Of a DNA stretch of 64,000 nt, positions 1 to 6,908 are shown piece after piece. The stretch is from Bdellovibrionota bacterium (GTDB taxonomy: Bacteria; Bdellovibrionota; UBA1018; UBA923): positions 1 to 64,000 of the forward strand of contig JBFMCE010000001.1 in the NCBI GenBank assembly GCA_040754655.1. Reading direction: 5' to 3'. Position numbers and translations under genes: made by a program. A model generated the notes under the pieces. That model was not told the origin of the DNA. It did not search any database and saw only the letters and a list, made by a program, of their open reading frames with translations. The stretch's first letter is position 1. Each line of letters begins with the position of its first letter.

Positions 1-175
1 CAACGCTTGCAACCAAGGCGGCCGTATACTGATAAATCTTGGTTTTAGCGGCCGAATGCTTGCTCTGCTCGATTTTCTTCATGAGCACCGCAAGCTCATC
101 GTGGGGCGCTGATGGAGTTGAGGGTTTATTGATTTCCAGGAACTTCACTAATTTTCCGTCATTTTCATTGCTCAT
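1..175 (-). CDS. Probable membrane anti-sigma factor, 5' part (runs off the window edge)
   Basis: Not in the ORF track. ATG at 175, 3 nt after the ECF stop, reads MSNENDGKLVKFLEINKPSTPSAPHDELAVLMKKIEQSKHSAAKTKIYQYTAALVASV... and is open to the edge, turning hydrophobic as expected for a TM helix. Confidence 0.6.
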   Translation of the reverse strand, partial: MSNENDGKLVKFLEINKPSTPSAPHDELAVLMKKIEQSKHSAAKTKIYQYTAALVASV

Positions 176-178
176 TGT

Positions 179-745
179 TTATACCTCGATCCCCATTTTC
201 AAAAGCAGGCGCCTCAATTCCGCCCTCGCATAATGGAGCCTTGACTTCACGGTGCCTAAGCTCTCGTCGGTGAGTTCGCCGATCTCTTCAAGCGAGAGAT
301 CTTGGAAATACATCAAGACAATCACGCTGCGATGCTCGAAGCTGAGAAGGTTCAATGCTTTTTCCAGGGCTTGTTGATTTTCGAAGCTTGCCCTGCTTTC
401 AAGGCTTCGATCATCTATGAGATTCAAGGCCTGTTCTTCAGCGGCCATTTGGAGGTGGTTTTTCGTTTTTCTCCAATGATCTTTGGCCAGATTGATCGCG
501 ATCTTGATGACCCAAGTGCTTTCTTCCGAGCGTCCTTCAAATTGCGAGTATTTTTGCCAGCACCTCACGAAAACTTGTTGGGTCAGATCATCCAAGTCAT
601 TTTTTCCTATGAGATGATAGAGGGTTGAACGCACTAGCCGCTCATAGGCGCGATAGAAGGTGGGAAAGTCTTTTCGACCTTCCTCCTTCTTCTCGCTCGG
701 TCTTGGCCTTGTCTTGATTCGGAGCAAAAGCTCATTCCTCATCAT
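179..745 (-). CDS. ECF-family sigma-70 factor
   Basis: Region 2 (DDLTQQVF..W...F.GRS...TWVIKIAINLAKDHWRK) and region 4 (LSLEEIGE....LGTVKSRLHYAR). Confidence 0.93.
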   Translation of the reverse strand: MMRNELLLRIKTRPRPSEKKEEGRKDFPTFYRAYERLVRSTLYHLIGKNDLDDLTQQVFVRCWQKYSQFEGRSEESTWVIKIAINLAKDHWRKTKNHLQMAAEEQALNLIDDRSLESRASFENQQALEKALNLLSFEHRSVIVLMYFQDLSLEEIGELTDESLGTVKSRLHYARAELRRLLLKMGIEV

Positions 746-1229
746 TTTCGTCGTGGTTGTGGTTGCGCCATTTTCCCTTGCGCTTGTCTTTTTGCTTTTC
801 GGCGATTTCCATCAATTGTTTTCTCTGTTCGGGGGTCATTACCGCTCGTACTTTCAGCATGCGTTCAAATCTGCCTTTTTGAAGCTCAGCGCGCTTTGCT
901 TGGATTTCAGAAAATTGTTTGCGCAGTTCATCTTCAGAGGCGTCGCTTGCCATTTTCTTTTTCAACTCTTCATGCGACGTCTTTAAAGATTCGCGTTGGT
1001 CTTTCCTATCGGACCGAGCTTCTTTGCGGATATCCTGGAGCTTTTTCTTTTGCTCTTCGTTTAGGTTGAGTTGTTTTAGCGTTCTCTGGTGAAAAAGATG
1101 GTCAAACCCGTCGCTAGGACCTCCCTTGCCACGAGCGTAACTTGTAGACACAAAAGCTGCTTGCAAGCAGGCTGCCGCCATTACGCCGGCGAACCAATTG
1201 AATTTCCTTCGTTTTGCCGAATTTTGCAT
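732..1229 (-). CDS. Spy/CpxP-family periplasmic chaperone-like protein
   Basis: Signal peptide; two LTxxQ-like motifs (LNLNEEQ, VMTPEQR); helical and charged. Confidence 0.85.
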   Translation of the reverse strand: MQNSAKRRKFNWFAGVMAAACLQAAFVSTSYARGKGGPSDGFDHLFHQRTLKQLNLNEEQKKKLQDIRKEARSDRKDQRESLKTSHEELKKKMASDASEDELRKQFSEIQAKRAELQKGRFERMLKVRAVMTPEQRKQLMEIAEKQKDKRKGKWRNHNHDENDEE

Positions 1230-1277
1230 TTCATCGACCTCCAGTAAGTTTGATCCTGAATTGGACCCTCATGAAGG

Positions 1278-1306
1278 TTAGACGCGCACAAGGCGAAAAA
1301 GGTTCA
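1278..1306 (-). promoter_or_regulatory. ECF (RpoE-like) promoter
   Basis: Minus strand reads TGAACC-N17-GTCTAA about 50 nt upstream of the Spy/CpxP start. Confidence 0.7.
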
Positions 1307-1328
1307 AATCTTTATCTCACGAAAAAAG

Positions 1329-1592
1329 TTAAGCCTTAGTGCCTCGATTTTTCACGAGAATTCCCACTAAGATCAATATGAATGCCAAAAGGCGAATCAA
1401 ATAAACGAAAGTTCGGGGTTCATCACTAAGCTTGAGAACGGTGGGAAGGATGCGTTCTACGCTTAAAATCCAGAATGCGAAAGCGAAGATCTGAAACAGC
1501 CTGTCAGAGGTCTGTTTCCAGAAACGAAAAAAGAACAAACCAACCACCCAACAGGCCATTGCAGCCGCGCCGGAAACCAAAGCATACATCAT
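1329..1592 (-). CDS. DUF5985-like small membrane protein (3 TM)
   Basis: GLFFFRFWKQTSDRLF..FA.AF and Y.IRLLAF.LIL..I..KNR pattern. Confidence 0.75.
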   Translation of the reverse strand: MMYALVSGAAAMACWVVGLFFFRFWKQTSDRLFQIFAFAFWILSVERILPTVLKLSDEPRTFVYLIRLLAFILILVGILVKNRGTKA

Positions 1593-1617
1593 AAAGCATT
1601 ACCTCTAAGCCGTCTGA

Positions 1618-1878
1618 TCATGGCAAAGACTCCAAGATCAAACCATAGATGAGTGCGCACAAACCCAATAGGGCAGGCACGATTCTCCACACGGATAGAT
1701 CGATCATCGGAACCACAGTCACGTCAATGAGCAATAATGCGTTGTTTAGGGCGAACCCCAGGAAACAAAGAGAACTCCAGAAGAGCATCCTGGTTCGATT
1801 GCTCCGGTAGCCTCTAAACAAGAGCCAGGCGCAAAGCAAGCTTGTGAGCGTGCAGAGGCTGTATACGATTTCAGCCAT
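1618..1878 (-). CDS. DUF5985-like small membrane protein (3 TM)
   Basis: VY.LC.LTSLLCAWLL.RGY.....RMLFWSSLCF.G.ALNN pattern; overlaps the upstream stop. Confidence 0.75.
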   Translation of the reverse strand: MAEIVYSLCTLTSLLCAWLLFRGYRSNRTRMLFWSSLCFLGFALNNALLLIDVTVVPMIDLSVWRIVPALLGLCALIYGLILESLP

Positions 1879-2278
1879 CTTTGGGATCCTTTCTGATCTT
1901 GAACGCGTCGGCGAAGCCGCGCAGGCGTTCTACGGGCCGATCATAAATTAATGTGATAATGCGTAAATTGTAGGTCGCGTAGGCTGCGATCAACGCCGCA
2001 ACCTTCGCGGCTAATTCCTCGTTTTTTGGTTGATACCGGTAGAGCCGTTCTTTTTGGATCTTGCTTGTCTCAATAAAGATGCCTTTTGAAGAAAAGTCGG
2101 CCAAGTATTTTGCCGTTGACGAATCATTTCCGCGGAGTTCTTGGGAGACCATTGACGCCGACCACTCCTTTTTTGGGTGAGTCGCAAGGAGCTTAAGAAC
2201 CTCCAGTTGCCCGACAGACTCAATATACTCAAGGATGAAACTCTTCAGTGATTCATCCAGTGCCGCTTTCTCAGTCAA
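1871..2278 (-). CDS. Conserved hypothetical, winged-helix-like protein typically preceding DUF5985 pairs
   Basis: FI.EYIESV.QLEVL.LL....W.A..VS.EL and C-terminal IITLIY.RP....FADAFKIRK motif. Confidence 0.65.
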   Translation of the reverse strand: MTEKAALDESLKSFILEYIESVGQLEVLKLLATHPKKEWSASMVSQELRGNDSSTAKYLADFSSKGIFIETSKIQKERLYRYQPKNEELAAKVAALIAAYATYNLRIITLIYDRPVERLRGFADAFKIRKDPKDG

Positions 2279-2315
2279 GAGCTCTCCAGCGAAGGGTTAA
2301 GAACGTCAGCGTCGT

Positions 2316-2489
2316 TCATGGCATTTTTTTTCCTCTTTTTCGACCTAATTCTTGATTCAGATTTTCGATTTCCTTGTCCTTATCGTCAATTTTGCGCTGA
2401 AGGTCAGCAATTTTTTTCTTCAGTTTATCGCGTTCTTTTTTTGCATGGGACTCATCATTGATAAGCCCCTCGTCTTCTTTTTCTTTCAT
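2316..2489 (-). CDS. Small coiled-coil protein (57 aa)
   Basis: Below the ORF-track cutoff; ATG overlaps the GT20 stop (TGATG); MKEKEDEGLINDESHAKKERDKLKKKIADLQRKIDDKDKEIENLNQELGRKRGKKMP. Confidence 0.6.
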   Translation of the reverse strand: MKEKEDEGLINDESHAKKERDKLKKKIADLQRKIDDKDKEIENLNQELGRKRGKKMP

Positions 2490-4732
2490 CACGGTCCGCC
2501 CTGCAAAAGCATTTCAGTGGGAGGGTTTTTTGCCCGGGCAATGCGATCGATTTCTGCTAGCAGTGAACCAGCCCAACCGTATACATTTTTCTCGGATACG
2601 ACTTTTCTCAGTCTTTCCATGCGAATTCTTCGTTCGGCCTGAGGCATCGAGAGTGCAGTGTGCAATGCTTGGGAGCATTCGTCGATGTCGTACGGATTGA
2701 CCAAAAGCGCATCGGTGAGTTCACGAGACGCCCCTGTAAAGGTGCTCAATATGAGCGTTCCATCGAGATCGCCGTGCGCCGAGATGTATTCTTTGGCGAC
2801 CAGGTTCATGCCATCGTGCAGCGAACTTACGAAGCAGACTTCGGCCGCTCGATAAAAGCGGAAAAGTTCCGGGGCGTTGTGGTGTGCGAGCATCAAAAGA
2901 ATCGGAGACGTATCCGCCTGAGAGAACTTCCAATTTATTTCGTCAGCGACTTCCTGCACCTCGGCGTTTAGGTCTTGGTAGCGCTTGATGTGGGTGCGGC
3001 TCGGGGCGCCAATTTGCACGAAGACGAATTTCCCCACGTAACTGGGATTTTTCTCTAGGAACCGCTCAACGCTTCGCAAGCGTTCGATGATTCCTTTCGT
3101 ATAGTCCACTCGATCGACGCCAATGCCTATTTTTATATCTTTTGGAAGGTTGAGTTCTGCCAAGAGTTCGGCGCGTTCGGCCGGGAAGGCTTCGACCGGG
3201 ATGTCGTGGCGCGTCGGCCACTCGATGCTGATGGGAAAAGGTTTCACGTAACAAACGTGTCCTTGAATCGTTACTGAGAATTGTTCACGATCCACCCTGG
3301 CCTCGAGGTAGCGGTCTACTGTATCGAGAAAGTTATTGCAGTGAAACTGCGTATGAAAACCAATGAGGTCTGAGCCTAACATCCCCGTCAGCAGTTCTTT
3401 CCTCCAAGGGCAAATCCCAAAGGCCTCAGGGTTTGGCCAGGGGATGTGCCAGAACAAAGAAAGAATCGCGCCAGGCTTCTTCTCCCGAATCATCTGGGGA
3501 AGTAGCGCGAAATGATAGTCTTGGATCAACGCAATCGGGTTAGGGGTCGGGTTTTCTTCAACGAAGGCTCTGGCGAATTTTTCGTTTACGCCGGAATAAT
3601 ATTTCCAATCTTCACTCTCGAAGTGCGGTCGCGCATGCGCGATATGGCATAAGGGCCAAAGTCCCTCATTCGAAAAGCCATAATAATAGCCTTGTTCCTC
3701 AGTCTTCGTCAGCCAAACGCGTTTGAGCGCGTACTCTGGTTTTTCGGGTGGAACTAAAAGTTTGCCCGACGCATCCGAGGTTTGGCGATCGGCTGTTCCG
3801 CTTCCATGGGCGATCCAAAGTCCCGAGCACGCTCGAACGATGGGTTCGACTGCCGTGACCAAACCGCTTGCCGGAAACAGAACCTCGATTTTGCTTCCCT
3901 TTTTATTGTGAACATAGGGTTCGCGGTTGGCGATGACGCAAATCTGCGAGTCACCAAAGAGCTTTTGGACTTCCGTCCTGAGGCGCGAGGGATTCCAAGC
4001 AAGTCCCGACTCCGAGTCCTTGACGATCTCTTTTGCGTGTCGCAGTTCGCGCATGACTTTTGAGAGATCTTTGGCGAGAGGAGAGAACTCTGATCGCGAC
4101 AAAGATTGACTGACTTTGCTTGTTTCGCCACTCACCAAGCTTTTAAAGACGGATTTTAAGCGATTTACCGCTTTGCTCATGCTCCAGCGATAAATTGCCA
4201 AAGTAATGCCGAAGAATAGAAGCGAGATCATACAGAGTAAAACCACAAGATAGCTCTTGGTGGTTTCGTGACGCCTGTTCATGTAGCTTGTGTCGTGAAG
4301 CACGATCAGGTGGCCTAGCGTTTTGTCATCGCTCGCGATCGGAAAAGCGGCGCGATGAAGAACAAGCTCGCCAAGTTTCGTGAAAACAGAGCTGGGGTCT
4401 TCTCGGTTTTCTTCGAGAGATGCGCAACTTACCTCAGACGGGACAGCATCGCTCTTCGCAATGAGCTTTCCTTCCGGTGAGCACACCAGGGCCCCAGTGA
4501 GCCTCTCATCTCGACTGATGCGGTTTAAAAGTTTTTTGACGGCCGCCGGATTCTTAGACTCGAGGTTATCCACCAAATAGTCGTGCGTGCTCTCGGAAAC
4601 AAGTCTTGATCGTCTTGCAAGGTCGTTGGTAAGCCATTGCCGTTCAAGTTTCTCCATCGCTTTCAGCGACGTGAAAATTGCGACAGCAATGACAGGCGCT
4701 AAAAAAATCAAAAATCGTAAGCCAATCGGCAT
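2489..4732 (-). CDS. otsA: Trehalose-6-phosphate synthase (GT20) with N-terminal TM-extracytoplasmic-TM module
   Basis: GT20 motifs NREP, YYYGFSNEGLWPLCH, QDYH, FWHIPWP, GVDRVDYTKG, DGMNLVAKE; about 250 extra N-terminal residues with two hydrophobic helices. Confidence 0.85.
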   Translation of the reverse strand: MPIGLRFLIFLAPVIAVAIFTSLKAMEKLERQWLTNDLARRSRLVSESTHDYLVDNLESKNPAAVKKLLNRISRDERLTGALVCSPEGKLIAKSDAVPSEVSCASLEENREDPSSVFTKLGELVLHRAAFPIASDDKTLGHLIVLHDTSYMNRRHETTKSYLVVLLCMISLLFFGITLAIYRWSMSKAVNRLKSVFKSLVSGETSKVSQSLSRSEFSPLAKDLSKVMRELRHAKEIVKDSESGLAWNPSRLRTEVQKLFGDSQICVIANREPYVHNKKGSKIEVLFPASGLVTAVEPIVRACSGLWIAHGSGTADRQTSDASGKLLVPPEKPEYALKRVWLTKTEEQGYYYGFSNEGLWPLCHIAHARPHFESEDWKYYSGVNEKFARAFVEENPTPNPIALIQDYHFALLPQMIREKKPGAILSLFWHIPWPNPEAFGICPWRKELLTGMLGSDLIGFHTQFHCNNFLDTVDRYLEARVDREQFSVTIQGHVCYVKPFPISIEWPTRHDIPVEAFPAERAELLAELNLPKDIKIGIGVDRVDYTKGIIERLRSVERFLEKNPSYVGKFVFVQIGAPSRTHIKRYQDLNAEVQEVADEINWKFSQADTSPILLMLAHHNAPELFRFYRAAEVCFVSSLHDGMNLVAKEYISAHGDLDGTLILSTFTGASRELTDALLVNPYDIDECSQALHTALSMPQAERRIRMERLRKVVSEKNVYGWAGSLLAEIDRIARAKNPPTEMLLQGGP

Positions 4733-4752
4733 CGGAGAGACAATACCTTATT

Positions 4753-4801
4753 GATTCGGAAATTCCAATGTGGAATATATTGTATCTGGATTTTACGAAT
4801 C
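4753..4801. promoter_or_regulatory. Candidate LysR operator (inverted pair)
   Basis: GATTCGGAAATTCCA (4753-4767) versus the reverse complement of 4787-4801 (GATTCGTAAAATCCA): 13/15 identical, in the divergent intergenic region. Confidence 0.55.
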
Positions 4802-4820
4802 GATAGAGGTCTGATTCAAG

Positions 4821-5726
4821 ATGAAAGAAGCCAAGCGTCTTAGCGGTAACCAAATTAATTGGAACCAAGTTTACTATTTTTCAGAGGTGGCCGCCTCGAG
4901 TTCGCTGAAAGACGCGGCGAAAAAACTCGGTGTGAGTCCGTCAACTTTGAGTGAGCACATCGCTCAACTTGAAAGAGACCTTGAAGTGCAGCTTTTTTTT
5001 CGTCAACACCGGAAACTTTCGTTGACCCCCGAAGGAAACCGTCTTTTCCTGCGCGCCAAGGAAATGTTTGAGGCTGGCCAACGGCTGATCGATGTGGTGT
5101 CGCCGGTGCCGCTTGGATGTTACCCAATTTCAATCGGGTTGGTCCCTTGCCCCTCTCTTCAAATCGCATATTCGGTGATCACCGATTATTCTAAGAGGTA
5201 TGGACCTTTGAGCATGAAGCTCTTCCACTCGAAGCATCAGGGGCTTGAAGCCAGTCTCGCGAAGGCGGAGTTTGATTTTGGGTTCTCTGATCGAAAACCA
5301 GAAAGAAAAGATCTCGTTTATCACTGCATCTCGGTTTCTGATATCCGGTTTTATGTCTCTTGCTCACATGAAGGCACTTCGCTCACCGATCTTTTGGGTT
5401 CGATGCCTCTTCTGATCTGCAATCCCGAACCGAATTCCCGGACATTTTCGGAGCAGGCGCTCATAGATGCCGACTTGGCGCCAAACTCGGTGATCACTTC
5501 CGATTATCCTAGCTCGCTCACGGAGCTGTGTGAGCGGGGCCTTGGCATCGGCGTATTCAGCGAAGAAGTGTTTTCAAGGTCAGAGTCGAAACGTCTTAAG
5601 GCACTGGATACTCCGAGAGGAGCTCCAAAGTTGCAGGATCATTTGTATGTTCTATGGTCAAAGGAAGCGGAAAACACTGAAGCGGTCAGGCACTTGAGAG
5701 AGCTGGTTCTCACTGAAAGCGCCTGA
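4821..5726 (+). CDS. LysR-family transcriptional regulator (NhaR-like N-terminus)
   Basis: HTH YYF.EVA...SL..AAKKLGVSPSTLSEHIAQLE..L...LF.R..RKL.LTPEG; 301 aa. Confidence 0.92.
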   Translation: MKEAKRLSGNQINWNQVYYFSEVAASSSLKDAAKKLGVSPSTLSEHIAQLERDLEVQLFFRQHRKLSLTPEGNRLFLRAKEMFEAGQRLIDVVSPVPLGCYPISIGLVPCPSLQIAYSVITDYSKRYGPLSMKLFHSKHQGLEASLAKAEFDFGFSDRKPERKDLVYHCISVSDIRFYVSCSHEGTSLTDLLGSMPLLICNPEPNSRTFSEQALIDADLAPNSVITSDYPSSLTELCERGLGIGVFSEEVFSRSESKRLKALDTPRGAPKLQDHLYVLWSKEAENTEAVRHLRELVLTESA

Positions 5727-5821
5727 GCTCAAGGTAAGGCTTTGGTTTTTCAGCTCATGCGGCGACGGCCGGTAGAATCTGCCTTCTAGGAAGAATTTCA
5801 AACCCTGATTAAAATTGGGGC

Positions 5822-6451
5822 ATGAGATTCTTTTGCGCTTTTTTATTGGCTTGGGTGGTAATCGTCTTCAGTGGTTCAGATGGCTTTGCCACCAGCAATA
5901 GAACCAAGAATCGCGTTGGTTTTTATGTCGCCGGGAATGGCGATCCTGCGGTCTCAGCAGCCGGCATCAACGCCGGATTGAATCTTGGTGATATGTTTCG
6001 GTTGAACGCCGGTATTGGGGGCGCGAACAGCTCGTTCGGCGACAATATCGGAAAAGCCCTGTACAACGGCACGGTCGCTCCGCTTGGTTACTTTCTTTCA
6101 TGGATTGTTTATCAGATGTTCGTGAACCCCTTTTCTAGGAGGGCAGGTCCTGATTATCGTGATTTTAGGCGACGCTACGATCCTGGGCAATCGATCTTCA
6201 CTTACGGCGCAGGAGCCAAAGTTTTCGTACCCGGTCTAAGCTTCAGTCCGGTCGCTGGAATTGGTTTCTCTCGCTACTCATCGAAGCGGCATCCTTATGG
6301 GCTTGATGATTCCGGGAGCCACGCCTATTACAGCGCAGGAGTGGATTGGCAATCATCTTCGGGATTCAACCTTGGAGCTGGTTACAATATCTGTCCCAAG
6401 TTGTCCGACGGCGCCTGCGGGATTTATGTCAACATCGGGGGCTTCTTCTAA
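5822..6451 (+). CDS. Outer-membrane beta-barrel protein
   Basis: Signal peptide, alternating Gly/aromatic strands, C-terminal YVNIGGFF beta-signal. Confidence 0.7.
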   Translation: MRFFCAFLLAWVVIVFSGSDGFATSNRTKNRVGFYVAGNGDPAVSAAGINAGLNLGDMFRLNAGIGGANSSFGDNIGKALYNGTVAPLGYFLSWIVYQMFVNPFSRRAGPDYRDFRRRYDPGQSIFTYGAGAKVFVPGLSFSPVAGIGFSRYSSKRHPYGLDDSGSHAYYSAGVDWQSSSGFNLGAGYNICPKLSDGACGIYVNIGGFF

Positions 6452-6512
6452 CTTCAGGTTTTTCCAAGACTCAAATTGAAAAACTATTTTCCTTTGGTAC
6501 ACTGAGACACCC

Positions 6513-6893
6513 ATGCCGGCATCAGAGAAAAGAATAGAACCAAGGCGCAATGTCTATCATAAATGGGTTATTGCGATTTCTCCCTCGACCGAAGAAGGGA
6601 AAGCTCAATCTGAGTTTGTCTCGGGCATCATCATTGATTTAAGCTCAAAGGGAGTCGGAGTTTTTTTGCCCGAGTACATTGATGTGCAAACCCGCGTGGT
6701 CGCTCTTGTGAAGGCGAACGGCTCAGAGCAACAGGTTCATGCTGAAGTCCGCTGGTGCAATAGGATCCCCACCTCAGGGCGAGTGATAAAAGCCAAGGAC
6801 ACGGCCTTGCGTTGGCGCGCCGGCTTGCGCTTTGACTTCCAGTCTGACGAGCAAAGACAAGCCATTAAACAGCTTTATGAGACCCTAAAGTAA
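6513..6893 (+). CDS. PilZ-domain c-di-GMP-binding protein
   Basis: RxxxR (RIEPR) and DxSxxG (DLSSKG) motifs; C-terminal GLRF. Confidence 0.85.
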   Translation: MPASEKRIEPRRNVYHKWVIAISPSTEEGKAQSEFVSGIIIDLSSKGVGVFLPEYIDVQTRVVALVKANGSEQQVHAEVRWCNRIPTSGRVIKAKDTALRWRAGLRFDFQSDEQRQAIKQLYETLK

Positions 6894-6908
6894 CAAACGG
6901 CTCTAGGT

